Of a stretch of DNA of 64,000 nt, positions 48,239-58,541 are shown piece by piece. The DNA comes from an uncultured Candidatus Saccharibacteria bacterium. Its GTDB lineage: Bacteria > Patescibacteriota > Minisyncoccia > Phycocordibacterales > CAIZLB01. The DNA lies in the NCBI GenBank assembly GCA_964550955.1, contig CAZKAF010000002.1, positions 9,335-73,334 of the forward strand, written 5' to 3'. Both the position numbers and the translations under genes were made by a program. The notes beneath the pieces were generated by a model. That model was not told the DNA's origin and ran no database searches. It saw only the letters and a program-made list of their open reading frames with translations. Each line of letters opens with the position of its first letter. Position 1 is the stretch's first letter.

Positions 48239-50536
48239 TTATTGTCCCGAAGACGGGTCCCTCCCTGCCTGAATGTCTCGGATGTACGCCTCGCCCTGCT
48301 CCTTGAAGTCAGGCACGAGCCCGATCACCTTCCGAATTTCAGCAATGGCATTCGCGGGCTGCTTCGCCCTGATGTACGCTCCCGCGAGCAGCATCTTGAA
48401 CTGGGGATTGCCCGGTTCAGAATCCGCCTTCATCTTCGCGACCCTGATCAGCTCGGCAAAATTCTTCGTCTCTTCGAGCACGCTGAGAACTCGCGAGTCC
48501 GTCCAGAGGTCCGTGCTCGAGCCGAAGAGAGCCTGCGTCTCGCTTAATTTGCCGACGTATATGAGCGAGATGCCGTAGAGCGTTTTTGCCTCCGGATTTT
48601 CCTCATGCAGCTCGTACGCTTTCCTGAAGACGTCGGACGCTTCGGTCATTTTCTGCTGCGCGACAAGCGTCAGGCCTTTCTGATACAGGAACGACTGCTT
48701 GGTCGGAGAAAGCGCGATGGCCCTGTCGATGTATGTCAGGGCGTCGTCATGCAATCCGAGGCGCTGGAAATACATGCCGTAGAATATGAACGGCCGCGGG
48801 TCCAGCGGAGTTTCCTTGAGCGACTGCTCATATCGGGCGGCCACGAGCTGAATCCATTCTTTCGCGGTCGCCTCGTTCTCGCCCATCTGAATCATCTGAG
48901 GCGCGATTTCGGCAATTCGCTCATTGATTTCGGTCGAAGCGAACGTGTTGTACGAAAGGGCTTTCTTGTAGAGACCGAGGAGGCGTTCCGGCGTCGCGCT
49001 TGTCGGCATGGGCTTCCCCTCGCTCGCGCCCTGAAGGGCCTGCGCGACCTGACTCTGAAGCTGCAGGGCCTGGATGAGCGTCCTGCCCGCCATGTATGGC
49101 TTGTAAACTATGGCATATGCCCCGGCGAGGAAGACAATAACCACGACAGTTCCGGCCACGTACTGAACAGGCTCCTTCGAGACAAGCGGTTCGGCGGCGA
49201 GAGACCTGATATCCGCTTCGGTCCTGCCGTCATGGCGAGCCGTAACGTACGCAAGAACCAGGAAGAACAATATGTAGCTCGTGAGATTGTCGAACACGAA
49301 CAGGTTGTGGACGAAGTATGCCGTGAGAAATCCGGTAATGATTGCCCGCTCAGTGATGGTCCATTCCGCTTCGGACGATCGCCGGATCCATATCATGTAG
49401 AGCACGGTTCCGAAAAGGCCGAGGTAGCTGATCAGGCCGAGAAAGCCGGACGCTATCAGCCAGTCCATGAACACGTTATGCGTCCGGTCGAACCACTGTT
49501 CCTGACCGTACATCGCGGGGTCATAGTATTTTGCAAATACGAATCCGAAGTTATCCTGTCCCCAGCCGACAAGCGGCCGTTCCTTGACGCCTTCCCAGGA
49601 CATTGCCCAGAGCATCTTTCGGGCCTTGCCCTGATCCTCGAGCACGCCAGCAACGTCAGTGGTAATCAGCGAGCTGAATCGATACAGCAGGTCATTGCCC
49701 TTGATGAATGCCGTGTTTTTCGACGCGCCGAGAATGGCGACGAAGACGAGAACGAGCGCAAGCAGGCCGACAGCCGATTTCCTGTACAGCTTGTTGCCCT
49801 TTTCAAAGATCGCCACGAGAACGGTGGCGACGAAGAGGCCTGCGACAAGGCCGGCGAACGATCCTCGGGTACCGGTGCTGTACATCACGATAAGGTTGAA
49901 CAATCCGATGGCGCCGACGCCGATGTATCTGCCGGGCGCCTCGACGAACGGCTTGACCTTAAGCAGGCATGTCACGAAGTAAATCGCGATGAAGACGTGC
50001 ATCAATGAATATATTCCAAGATACGACGAGTTGCCGAGCGCCCCTGACATTCGGAACGATCCGAAGATGCCGTTTTTGTCCGCAAGCTCGGAAAATCCCT
50101 GAAGGCCGACGGCGACGCTTGCGAGAAGCGACATTGAAAACAGCGTCGCCCACATGGCCCTCGTCCTAAGCACCGAAGCCGAGACTACGAAGAATGCCAG
50201 CAAGTGAAGAATGGTCACGTACCCCTCCATTCGCTCGAAATTGCTCCAGAACGATTTGAACGGATCGACGGACGTCATCGTGGCGATGCCGAGGATTGCC
50301 GCGAACGCGATGACGGACCAAAGGACGATGCTTTTTCTCGGCAGGAAAGACCGGTCCCTCATGATGAGGATGAGGTATGCGGCGGTCGCGACGAGCACCA
50401 GGAGCCTGAAGAGATGCGCCTTGCCCGTTATGTACGGGAAGAAAAGCGAAGTGCTGACAACGAGCGGAACGAGCAAAGTCAGGAAAATCGAGGAGACTGA
50501 CGTGTACTCCAGGATCTTGTTAAAGGTTCGGTTCAT
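48239..50536 (-). CDS. O-antigen ligase-family (Wzy_C domain) membrane protein fused to C-terminal TPR repeats. Could be WaaL/Wzy-like or a PglL-type O-oligosaccharyltransferase.
   Basis: About 12 TM helices with the Wzy_C-type loop YSTGTRGSFAGL. The C-terminal 280 aa are TPR-like (YKKALSYN, AIALSP, AYELHEENPEAK). Confidence 0.75.
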   Translation of the reverse strand: MNRTFNKILEYTSVSSIFLTLLVPLVVSTSLFFPYITGKAHLFRLLVLVATAAYLILIMRDRSFLPRKSIVLWSVIAFAAILGIATMTSVDPFKSFWSNFERMEGYVTILHLLAFFVVSASVLRTRAMWATLFSMSLLASVAVGLQGFSELADKNGIFGSFRMSGALGNSSYLGIYSLMHVFIAIYFVTCLLKVKPFVEAPGRYIGVGAIGLFNLIVMYSTGTRGSFAGLVAGLFVATVLVAIFEKGNKLYRKSAVGLLALVLVFVAILGASKNTAFIKGNDLLYRFSSLITTDVAGVLEDQGKARKMLWAMSWEGVKERPLVGWGQDNFGFVFAKYYDPAMYGQEQWFDRTHNVFMDWLIASGFLGLISYLGLFGTVLYMIWIRRSSEAEWTITERAIITGFLTAYFVHNLFVFDNLTSYILFFLVLAYVTARHDGRTEADIRSLAAEPLVSKEPVQYVAGTVVVIVFLAGAYAIVYKPYMAGRTLIQALQLQSQVAQALQGASEGKPMPTSATPERLLGLYKKALSYNTFASTEINERIAEIAPQMIQMGENEATAKEWIQLVAARYEQSLKETPLDPRPFIFYGMYFQRLGLHDDALTYIDRAIALSPTKQSFLYQKGLTLVAQQKMTEASDVFRKAYELHEENPEAKTLYGISLIYVGKLSETQALFGSSTDLWTDSRVLSVLEETKNFAELIRVAKMKADSEPGNPQFKMLLAGAYIRAKQPANAIAEIRKVIGLVPDFKEQGEAYIRDIQAGRDPSSGQ

Positions 50537-50621
50537 ACGGTCTATATATGTATTACTTATTTAATATGACAAGAAGTATACCATACCCAAGGAAGGGCAA
50601 AAGCTGGTATAATGAAGAAAA

Positions 50622-51947
50622 ATGGAATCTAATATGCATACTGAAGCCAATCCTGTCAGCCTGAAAAGCCGAATAATCAATTATCTGTCGCATGAAGGAT
50701 TCCAGAAATATTTTTGGAATACCGGCTGGCTATTCATCGGCCGAATCGCGAGCCTTGTCGTATCTTTCTTTGTCACCGCCTTCATCGTCAGGAGCCTCGG
50801 ACCTGCGAACTACGGCGAGCTCAGTTACGCGGTAAGCTTTATCTCGATTTTTTCATTCATCGCGACGCTCGGACTCGACACCGTCTTATATAGAGACATC
50901 ATCAAGTATCCTGAGCGTGCAGGAAGATACCTCGGAACGGCATTGATACTTCGAATTCTGGCTGGCGCGATCGGAGTCATCACCTGCCTGGCATTCGCCT
51001 TCTTCTCTTCGGTACAGGGAGACGTTTCGTATCTTCTCATAAGCATCCTGTCGCTCACGTTCGTCTTCAATTCGTTCAGCATATTGGGATACGAATTTCA
51101 GGCCAAAGTTCAGTCGAAGCATCTTTCCATCGCCTCGTTCATAATCCTGATAGCGCTGAATGCTCTTAAGATTGCGGCAATCCTGTCCGGCAAAGGCGTC
51201 ATATACCTCGCCTTGATCCTATTGTTCGAGCCGATACTTACCGGAATCGTATTTGTCACATACAGAGTCGCGCTATACGGCAGATTCAAGGATTGGAACT
51301 ATGACAGGGCAATTGCGCTGGACCTCCTGAAAAACTCATGGCCGATGATGCTGGCCGGAGCGTTTGCGGTCATATATTCGCGAATAGACCAAATATTCAT
51401 AAAGCACCTCCTTGACGCGTCAGCCGTCGGCTTCTATGATGCGGCAGTCAGAATATCCGAGGCGTGGCTTTTCATTCCGACAATCATCGTCTCCTCGCTG
51501 TTCCCGGCAATCATCAACGCAAGCAAGGTTTCGGACCTCGAATACTCGAAACGGCTCAAGCGGCTGTCCCTCCTGCTCTTCTGGATCGCAATCGGAATCG
51601 CGATTCCGATGACAGTTTTTGCGCCGCTTGTCATCTCGCTCTTATACGGGCCGGCATTCGTAAGCCAATCGACGATTATCTTGCAAATATATGTATGGGG
51701 CGGGGTCGGCCTGTCCGTCGGAGCGCTTACGACAAATTACCTCATCGCGGAGAATCTCAGAAAGGCCATTTTCGTATCGTCGCTCATAACGATGGCGCTG
51801 AACATCGCATTGAACATGATGCTCATTCCGAAGTACGGCATCGAAGGATCGGCATGGGCGACGGCGATCTCATACGCGGCGGTGCCTCTTTCGATCCTGC
51901 TATTCAAAATCCCGAGGCGGCGGATTTCCAGCATATTAAAGATATAA
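50622..51947 (+). CDS. wzx: Wzx-type polysaccharide flippase (MOP/PST family)
   Basis: 441 aa, about 12-14 TM helices, the typical polysaccharide-biosynthesis-protein N-terminus, and KYGIEGSAWATAISY near the C-terminus. Confidence 0.8.
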   Translation: MESNMHTEANPVSLKSRIINYLSHEGFQKYFWNTGWLFIGRIASLVVSFFVTAFIVRSLGPANYGELSYAVSFISIFSFIATLGLDTVLYRDIIKYPERAGRYLGTALILRILAGAIGVITCLAFAFFSSVQGDVSYLLISILSLTFVFNSFSILGYEFQAKVQSKHLSIASFIILIALNALKIAAILSGKGVIYLALILLFEPILTGIVFVTYRVALYGRFKDWNYDRAIALDLLKNSWPMMLAGAFAVIYSRIDQIFIKHLLDASAVGFYDAAVRISEAWLFIPTIIVSSLFPAIINASKVSDLEYSKRLKRLSLLLFWIAIGIAIPMTVFAPLVISLLYGPAFVSQSTIILQIYVWGGVGLSVGALTTNYLIAENLRKAIFVSSLITMALNIALNMMLIPKYGIEGSAWATAISYAAVPLSILLFKIPRRRISSILKI

Positions 51948-51971
51948 GATTTAGGTATATAATAGAAAACC

Positions 51972-53666
51972 ATGACAAACTCAGACTCGCCGAAAAGATC
52001 AATCATCACGTCCGCTTCAAGCAAATTCTTCCCTTCCTTGCTGAATCTCATCGGTTCCATCAAGAAAAACTATCCCGATCATCCCCCAATATATGTGTAT
52101 AATCTCGGGCTGTTCCCGACTTACAAGGCTGAATTGAAATCCATAGAGGGAGTCAGCCTCGTCGAGATGCCGAGGTTCTGCAGCTTTTGGAGAAAATGCT
52201 ACACATGGAAGACGTACATATTCAAGCATCCGTTCACTTCCACGACCCTGTACCTTGATGCCGGAAACGAGGTTTTGAAGCCGCTGAATCCGCTGTTCGA
52301 TCAGATAGAGCGAAACGGATATTTGGCCGTGCAGCAAGGCATAGAAAGCAAGGCGATAATACCCGAAGACTACGTCTCGCTTTTCGGCATCGACAAGGAA
52401 ATTTTGGGCAAGAAAGTGATAACGGCGGGCATTTTCGGATTCGATACGACAAGCGCGCTCGTGAAAAAGATTATCGCCGATCTGCATGACGCGTCGCTTG
52501 CAGGACTTTGCCTCGGCTATTCCCGGACTGAACTTTGGAAAAACAAGCATCCCAACAACAACTTCTTTGTTCGAAACTGCGCCCATTTCCGGCACGACAC
52601 GACGCTTCTGACAATCCTGCTATATGCTAGGATTCCGAACCTGATTTCAGAAGACGAATACAAGTTCGGGGCGCAGCGCGGCGAGCACAACAAGGCAGAT
52701 CAGATTATCCACAATCTGAGGATGAATTATGACACCCTTCATAACATACGAAGGTCGGTTCTCAAGCCGAAGGCCGTCCTGGCGGCGCAGGCGAATCGAT
52801 TCTTAATCAACGGCTTCTTCGTCCTGAAGAGAGCCAACAAGGCGGTCAAGGGCATCCTGCTTAACAGGAATATCTTCTCCCCGATATTCGGGGAGAACCT
52901 GAACATTGTCATGGATTCTTTTCATGAGTACCCGGGCGGACCTGAAAAGCTGTTTTCAAATGTTAGGCTATATCATCACCAAAAGGCATACATATGCAGC
53001 AAGTTCATCGAGAAGGAGGCATCCGCATCGGGAGCATTTCTTGATGCTGGCGCAGGAACCGGACCATACAGCAGAATAGCTTCGCCCTTGTACGGAAAGG
53101 TGTATGCATACGAATACAACGAGGCAGAACTCGAAAAGGCCAGGGAAAATTTAAAAAGCTCCCGAAACATCGAGTTCGGAGAGGTTGACCTCAGAAAGAT
53201 ACCTTTGGAGGACGAATCAATCGATGTTTTCATATGCTCGGAAGTGCTTGAGCACATACAAGACGAAGAACTCGCCGCAAAGGAGCTATTCAGGATACTT
53301 AAGCCGGGAGGCAAGGCCCTGATTTCCATGCCAAATAAAAATAGCATCTTCTACAGAAAGATAGCCCGGATGACTCAGGATCTGGTCTTGAAAAAGAGCA
53401 GCGGCGAAGAACTGTCGTACGGCGAATGGGAACGAATAAGGCACATAAGCTTCGGTTCGGCTGACATTGAAAAGATCGTGACGGACGCCGGATTTCGAAT
53501 AACGAAAAGGCATGGGGCGAATCTCATTCCGCTTCCTACCCCCATCAGAAAGTTTCTCATGACGAAGATGCCGGCGCTATTCTACATTTGGGCGATTCTC
53601 GAAAGGAACTTGTCAAAGCTGGCCCCTTCTTCTTGCTCATTTTATTTCGTGGAAATCGAGAAATAA
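51972..53666 (+). CDS. Bifunctional protein: N-terminal nucleotide-sugar glycosyltransferase-like domain fused to a C-terminal class I SAM-dependent methyltransferase
   Basis: The C-terminal domain has the SAM motif I FLDAGAGTGPYS, the acidic loop, and the post-I motif ICSEVLEHIQD...LKPGGKALISMPNKNS. The N-terminal 330 aa have a YLDAG (DxD-like) motif, but the family is not confidently recognised. Confidence 0.65.
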   Translation: MTNSDSPKRSIITSASSKFFPSLLNLIGSIKKNYPDHPPIYVYNLGLFPTYKAELKSIEGVSLVEMPRFCSFWRKCYTWKTYIFKHPFTSTTLYLDAGNEVLKPLNPLFDQIERNGYLAVQQGIESKAIIPEDYVSLFGIDKEILGKKVITAGIFGFDTTSALVKKIIADLHDASLAGLCLGYSRTELWKNKHPNNNFFVRNCAHFRHDTTLLTILLYARIPNLISEDEYKFGAQRGEHNKADQIIHNLRMNYDTLHNIRRSVLKPKAVLAAQANRFLINGFFVLKRANKAVKGILLNRNIFSPIFGENLNIVMDSFHEYPGGPEKLFSNVRLYHHQKAYICSKFIEKEASASGAFLDAGAGTGPYSRIASPLYGKVYAYEYNEAELEKARENLKSSRNIEFGEVDLRKIPLEDESIDVFICSEVLEHIQDEELAAKELFRILKPGGKALISMPNKNSIFYRKIARMTQDLVLKKSSGEELSYGEWERIRHISFGSADIEKIVTDAGFRITKRHGANLIPLPTPIRKFLMTKMPALFYIWAILERNLSKLAPSSCSFYFVEIEK

Positions 53667-53686
53667 AGGCGTGCTATAATTCCACC

Positions 53687-54406
53687 ATGAGAGCAAGCCT
53701 CATATCATCCCTCTACCGTACCGACGCCTACATACAGGCATGGCACCGACGAACGCGAAAAGTGCTTGACCAGCTCAATGCGTCAAATATTGAGGCCGAA
53801 ATAGTGGTAGTGGCAAATGACCCGACCAAAAAAGAGATGGCCGTGTTGGAACAGCTCAAGGAGGATTCAAGATTCAAAGTCCTGATTGTCGGGCGAGAAA
53901 GCATCTATGCATCTTGGAATCGGGGCTTGTCCGAATCTTCCGGAGACATCTGCGGCTTCTGGAACGTGGACGACGTCAGGTTCAGCAAGGCGATCATCGA
54001 TGCCGCGGAAAGATTTTCAAAGGGCGCGAGTCTCGTATACTTCCCTTTCATCTACAAGCGCTATGTCAAAGCGTTCGGTTTCTCAATATTGGCCAAGATA
54101 AAAATATTCAAACCGCCCGCGTACGATTCCGAAATTTTCAGAAAAGAGATGCATTGCGGTCCTTTTTTCATGTTTAAAAAGGACTTCTTCCAAAAAGTCG
54201 GGAATTTTGATGAGTCATATAAGATTTCCGGAGATTATGAATGGTGCACGCGCGCCGCAAAGATAAGCGCATTTGAGAAATCAGATACGCTTGGCGGAAT
54301 CTTCACCAATGACGGCACGACATTGAGCGGAAGCAAAAGCAAGCTTCAGGAAGAGGAGAACGCGCGGGTAATCAGCGAGCAGCCGAAGAACAATCAAATC
54401 GCATGA
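53687..54406 (+). CDS. Small GT2-like glycosyltransferase (family uncertain)
   Basis: Start chosen at MRASLIS; the ORF is open from 53588 and overlaps the previous gene. Contains DD-type motifs FWNVDDVRF and ISGDYEWC. Confidence 0.5.
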   Translation: MRASLISSLYRTDAYIQAWHRRTRKVLDQLNASNIEAEIVVVANDPTKKEMAVLEQLKEDSRFKVLIVGRESIYASWNRGLSESSGDICGFWNVDDVRFSKAIIDAAERFSKGASLVYFPFIYKRYVKAFGFSILAKIKIFKPPAYDSEIFRKEMHCGPFFMFKKDFFQKVGNFDESYKISGDYEWCTRAAKISAFEKSDTLGGIFTNDGTTLSGSKSKLQEEENARVISEQPKNNQIA

Positions 54407-55371
54407 ACAATCAAGCAAATTCAATGAAAGTCATCGTGCTGATGCCGACAAAAAATGAGGAGTGGATAATCGATTCAACCTTGAAAACTCTCAGTGCTTT
54501 TGCTGATCACATCATAATTGCGGACCAGCATTCGACCGACAGGACTCGCAAAATATGCGCCAATTACCCGAAAGTCCGCGTCGTTGACAACCATGAGACA
54601 TGTCATAGCAATAAAGTAAGATGGCTGCTTCTGGATGAAGCAAGGAAAATGCCGGGCGAAAACTTAATCTTGTGCGTGGATGCCGACGAGATGATTTCCA
54701 AATCATCAATTCAAAAAGTGCTTGAAAAGGCAGCCGAAGCCGGACCCGGTACGGCGTTCAGCTTTCCTTGGATTCAGCTTTGGAAAAACACCTCGCAGCA
54801 CAGAATCGACGGAGCATGGAACAGGAATTTCAAGATTGCAGGATTTTACGATGGCCGGACAACGGATTATCAGAGGACTTTCGTAATCAACGATCACACG
54901 AACAGAGTGCCGCTGAACCAAGAGGCCGGGATTATCGCGATGGAAGCCCCCCTTCTCCACTTTCAGTTTGCCGCATGGAACAGAACCCGGATAAAGCAAG
55001 CGTGGTACAGATGCTCGGAACTCATCGCGACGCCCGGAGCCGAACGCCGAATCAATCAGAAATACTCGCCAAGCGATGATTCGGAGACGGTAAAAACAGA
55101 ATCGGTGCCATCGAGCTGGACCGAGGGCATTTTCCTGCCCGAACAGGAAGTCCTTCAGGATACCGACGATGCGCGCAAAAAAGAGATATTGGGATGGTTC
55201 GACAAATACGGCATCTTATTTTTCGAAGGCCTGCAGATATGGCACGTTGACGAGCTTGAGCGGCTTTTTGTTTCAAGAATCGGCCGGCCGCCCAAACCGA
55301 AGACTTTTCCAAGAATGCTGGTAAAATTGAACGCATTGAAGAATTTCATTATAAGCAGGATAAAAGCGTAG
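54403..55371 (+). CDS. Glycosyltransferase family 2
   Basis: VIVLMPTKNEEWII N-terminus, a DxD at VDADEMIS, and a GT-A fold signature. The start codon overlaps the previous stop (ATGA). Confidence 0.75.
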   Translation: MNNQANSMKVIVLMPTKNEEWIIDSTLKTLSAFADHIIIADQHSTDRTRKICANYPKVRVVDNHETCHSNKVRWLLLDEARKMPGENLILCVDADEMISKSSIQKVLEKAAEAGPGTAFSFPWIQLWKNTSQHRIDGAWNRNFKIAGFYDGRTTDYQRTFVINDHTNRVPLNQEAGIIAMEAPLLHFQFAAWNRTRIKQAWYRCSELIATPGAERRINQKYSPSDDSETVKTESVPSSWTEGIFLPEQEVLQDTDDARKKEILGWFDKYGILFFEGLQIWHVDELERLFVSRIGRPPKPKTFPRMLVKLNALKNFIISRIKA

Positions 55372-55374
55372 ACA

Positions 55375-56277
55375 ATGCACAAGATAAAAAACATCATCCG
55401 AAACTTGGTCGAAAAAATGACGGGCAGGAAATTAATCTTCGCTCGAGACAAAGGCAGGCACACGGCCGCCCTGTCAAAGCTGGGCTTTTGGTATGCGGGA
55501 AACGTGTTTGATACCGCGGATATCGCATACGGCATATCGCAAAACGGCGTCGTCGAAGAGGAAGAGACGAATCTGGTAATACGAATAATGGATTTCCTGA
55601 CGAGCAAAAATGCGCTGACATCATTTTACGATATCGGCGCGAACACCGGATATTACGGAATCCTTGCTGGCTACAGATATGGAGCGTCAGTCGAAGTCAA
55701 TTCCTTCGAGCCCATCGAAGAACATGCGGACTGCATCAAGAAAAGCATGTATCTGAACAGGCTGGAAAGCATCATGCGGGTTCACAGCCTGGCGCTTGGC
55801 AATGAAAACAAGACTGAAAAGATATATGTTGCCGGATCCGGAACTTCCCTGAACAAGGATTTCATACAGGGCAATTTTGAATCGACCGCGCAAATCGAAG
55901 TCAGAAGGCTTGACGATATCGTCCTCGGAGGCAAAGAGGGTAAATCATCAATTAGGCTTCCGGACTTCGTCAAGATAGATGTCGAGGGATATGAGCAGCA
56001 GGTGCTTGAAGGAGCGATGACGACGCTGAGAGAAGGACTGCCCGTTCTTTATGTCGAAATCGCCAAAACTCTCAAGAACTTAGGAAGAGACGGTTTTGAA
56101 AGTTCTTCTTGCTTGGAAACATTCGGCCTCTTGAGCAAGCTCGGGTACGAGCCATTCATTCTCAAAGAATCCAAGATTGCAAAGTTTGATCCGGCAAACT
56201 TTGCAGACGGAGTGATGATGTATCTGTTCCTTCATGCGGCCAAGCACAAGGACATAAGGGAGATGCTCTTGCAATAA
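55375..56277 (+). CDS. FkbM-family SAM-dependent methyltransferase
   Basis: FYDIGANTGYYG and the FkbM signature FVKIDVEGYEQQVLEGA. Confidence 0.8.
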   Translation: MHKIKNIIRNLVEKMTGRKLIFARDKGRHTAALSKLGFWYAGNVFDTADIAYGISQNGVVEEEETNLVIRIMDFLTSKNALTSFYDIGANTGYYGILAGYRYGASVEVNSFEPIEEHADCIKKSMYLNRLESIMRVHSLALGNENKTEKIYVAGSGTSLNKDFIQGNFESTAQIEVRRLDDIVLGGKEGKSSIRLPDFVKIDVEGYEQQVLEGAMTTLREGLPVLYVEIAKTLKNLGRDGFESSSCLETFGLLSKLGYEPFILKESKIAKFDPANFADGVMMYLFLHAAKHKDIREMLLQ

Positions 56278-56278
56278 C

Positions 56279-57571
56279 ATGACAAGCCTCAGAACGAAAA
56301 TCAAAAAGGTCGCATTGCTGCTGCCCAAACCAGCAAGGATTCTGGCGATAAGAACATACGAAAGTTTTTTCTTCCATAAGACCCTCTACAGGGTTCGGAA
56401 TGAATTAAGCACGAAAGACCTGTTCAGCGCGCATGTGCAGAACAAGAAGCCTCGCGTTTTGTTCTACCACGTATCCGGCTTAAGCTTCGGCGGCACTGAA
56501 AAGTTTCTGCAGATTATCGCCAAGCACATAGACAAAAACAAATACGATGCCTATTTCATGTATTCGCCGAAACCGAGAGGCAGTTCCGGGAACATTCGTC
56601 TTGACGGAAGAAAAGAATACGTCAATGAGACAGACATCGAGCTCATTGAATTTGATTATCAGGCAATCGAGCTGGCATATCCGCATGTTGTCACGGAAAT
56701 GAAGCCGAGCATTTTTAATATTTTGAAAGAAAGAAATATCGACTTATTAATCACGACAGGCGCCGGTTACAGCGAATATCCGTTCAATATAATTAGAAAT
56801 ATTCCGATAATCCTTATTAACATATTCGGATCTCCGGCAATTCAGGACAATATTTCAAAGCACATATCAATATCAAAAGCGGTGGATTCAAAAATAAAAT
56901 CGATAATACCGACAAGCAAAAGAGATGTCATCTACATACAATCAGAGCGGCCCGATCCAAGTTACAAGGCGGCGGGGCAAGAGCTGAGGAAAAAGTTCGG
57001 AATCAAGGAAACTGACACGGTGTTCGGAAGAATCGGCAGGGCTGACGACGGCATATTTGATCCGATAGGAATAATGGCTTTCAAGTCCGTCGTAAGGAAC
57101 AATCCAGATGCGCATTACATCGTCATGTCGCCGCCTCCTGTTCTTATCGAACTCGTAAAAACCGAGAACATTCAGAATGTTCATTACTGCACGACTAGTG
57201 CAGTAGAGCGAGATGTGTGGAGCTTTCATTATTCGCTTGACGCCCTGGCCCATTTCAGGCTCGACGGCGAATCTTTCGGGCTCAATATTGCAGAATCAAT
57301 GATTGCCGGAAATCCGATCATCACGCACAAATCTCATATCTGGAATGGGCATCTGGAATATCTTGATTCTGCATTCAGTTTCGTAGCGGAAAAGGATGAC
57401 GTGAAAAAGTATGCGGAACACATGGAATCAATCATCAAGGCGAAGAAGGACGGAACGATTGCGCAAATGAAGGAAGCATCTCTCAGGGCCGGAGAAAGGC
57501 TATTCCTTGTTGAGAACTCTATTGGTAAGATAGAAGGCCTAATCGACGAAGCCATAGCTAATTTCAAATAA
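56279..57571 (+). CDS. Glycosyltransferase, GT-B fold (GT4-like)
   Basis: C-terminal E-x7-E motif ESFGLNIAESMIAGNPII. Confidence 0.75.
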   Translation: MTSLRTKIKKVALLLPKPARILAIRTYESFFFHKTLYRVRNELSTKDLFSAHVQNKKPRVLFYHVSGLSFGGTEKFLQIIAKHIDKNKYDAYFMYSPKPRGSSGNIRLDGRKEYVNETDIELIEFDYQAIELAYPHVVTEMKPSIFNILKERNIDLLITTGAGYSEYPFNIIRNIPIILINIFGSPAIQDNISKHISISKAVDSKIKSIIPTSKRDVIYIQSERPDPSYKAAGQELRKKFGIKETDTVFGRIGRADDGIFDPIGIMAFKSVVRNNPDAHYIVMSPPPVLIELVKTENIQNVHYCTTSAVERDVWSFHYSLDALAHFRLDGESFGLNIAESMIAGNPIITHKSHIWNGHLEYLDSAFSFVAEKDDVKKYAEHMESIIKAKKDGTIAQMKEASLRAGERLFLVENSIGKIEGLIDEAIANFK

Positions 57572-57574
57572 CCC

Positions 57575-58513
57575 ATGCTCATCATCTACACTCGACCCAA
57601 CGGCATATTCAAGAAAGAGCGCCTGAAGCACGTCCTTTCGCGCATTACCGGAAAGCTCCGGGGACCGAGGGCCGTGCTTGAAAGCATGAGGCGCGGATTG
57701 AATGCGCTTCATGTTCCCTACCGCGTCAACCCGTCGTACAGGAAAATACGGCCCGAGGATGTCGTTCATGTCGTGTCAGGCGCCGAAACCTTGAGGGAAT
57801 GCGTCGAGCTGAAGAAGCAAGGCATCATCAGGAAACTGATCGCCGGGCCGAGCATCGCCGTCATTCCGAGCGAAGAGCAAGAACTGCTTCTTGACCCGAG
57901 CATAGACGCGGTGCTCGTGCCTTCGGATTGGGTAAAGGACCTGTACGCGCGCCTGAATCCTGAATTGTCGGGAAAGACATTCGCATGGTTCGCGGGCGTC
58001 AATGTCTCAAAGTCGAAACCGAGAAAGAATTCTGAAAAGGAAATCGACTATCTCATTTATTACAAGAACGCTGATCCGTCGCTCCTGACATTCGTCGAGT
58101 CGCAGCTCGTGAAGCGGCACAAGAGCTTCAAGAAAGTCATCTACGGAGAATTCGAGCAGGCTGATTTTTTCAGGAAGCTCAAGAAATCAAAAGCCATGAT
58201 CTATCTCTCGCCTTCCGAAAGCCAGGGACTGGCATTGAACGAGGCCTGGATGCGCGACGTTCCGACGCTCGTATGGGACCGCGGATATTGGGAATACAAG
58301 GACGTCAGATGGGAACATGAGAAGATAAGCGCGCCGTACCTGACGGACGAGCTCGGACTGACATTCGGCGGAGAATCTGACTTTGTCCAGAAGCTGGAAC
58401 TCTTCGAACTGAAGCTTGCGGATTTCAGGCCGAAAGAATATTCCCTTGAGCACTTTACCGACGAGAAATCCGTCCAGAACCTCTTGGGCATAATCGATTC
58501 AAATAACGTATAA
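57575..58513 (+). CDS. Putative glycosyltransferase (GT-B-like C-terminal half)
   Basis: SESQGLALNEAWMRDVPTL resembles the E-x7-E donor-binding motif of GT4/GT1 enzymes. The N-terminal part is divergent. Confidence 0.5.
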   Translation: MLIIYTRPNGIFKKERLKHVLSRITGKLRGPRAVLESMRRGLNALHVPYRVNPSYRKIRPEDVVHVVSGAETLRECVELKKQGIIRKLIAGPSIAVIPSEEQELLLDPSIDAVLVPSDWVKDLYARLNPELSGKTFAWFAGVNVSKSKPRKNSEKEIDYLIYYKNADPSLLTFVESQLVKRHKSFKKVIYGEFEQADFFRKLKKSKAMIYLSPSESQGLALNEAWMRDVPTLVWDRGYWEYKDVRWEHEKISAPYLTDELGLTFGGESDFVQKLELFELKLADFRPKEYSLEHFTDEKSVQNLLGIIDSNNV

Positions 58514-58541
58514 TGAGTCCCATATAACAAACCAAAGACCA

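Noticed and set aside
48605-50008. 467-aa plus-strand ORF inside the O-antigen-ligase/TPR gene
   Set aside because: Antisense shadow ORF. Arg/Glu-rich and without motifs.
53588-53686. 5' extension of the GT2-like ORF that overlaps the end of the GT-methyltransferase fusion gene
   Set aside because: The overlap of about 80 nt is more likely to reflect an upstream in-frame Met in the ORF track. The downstream Met (MRASLIS, 53687) gives a non-overlapping gene.
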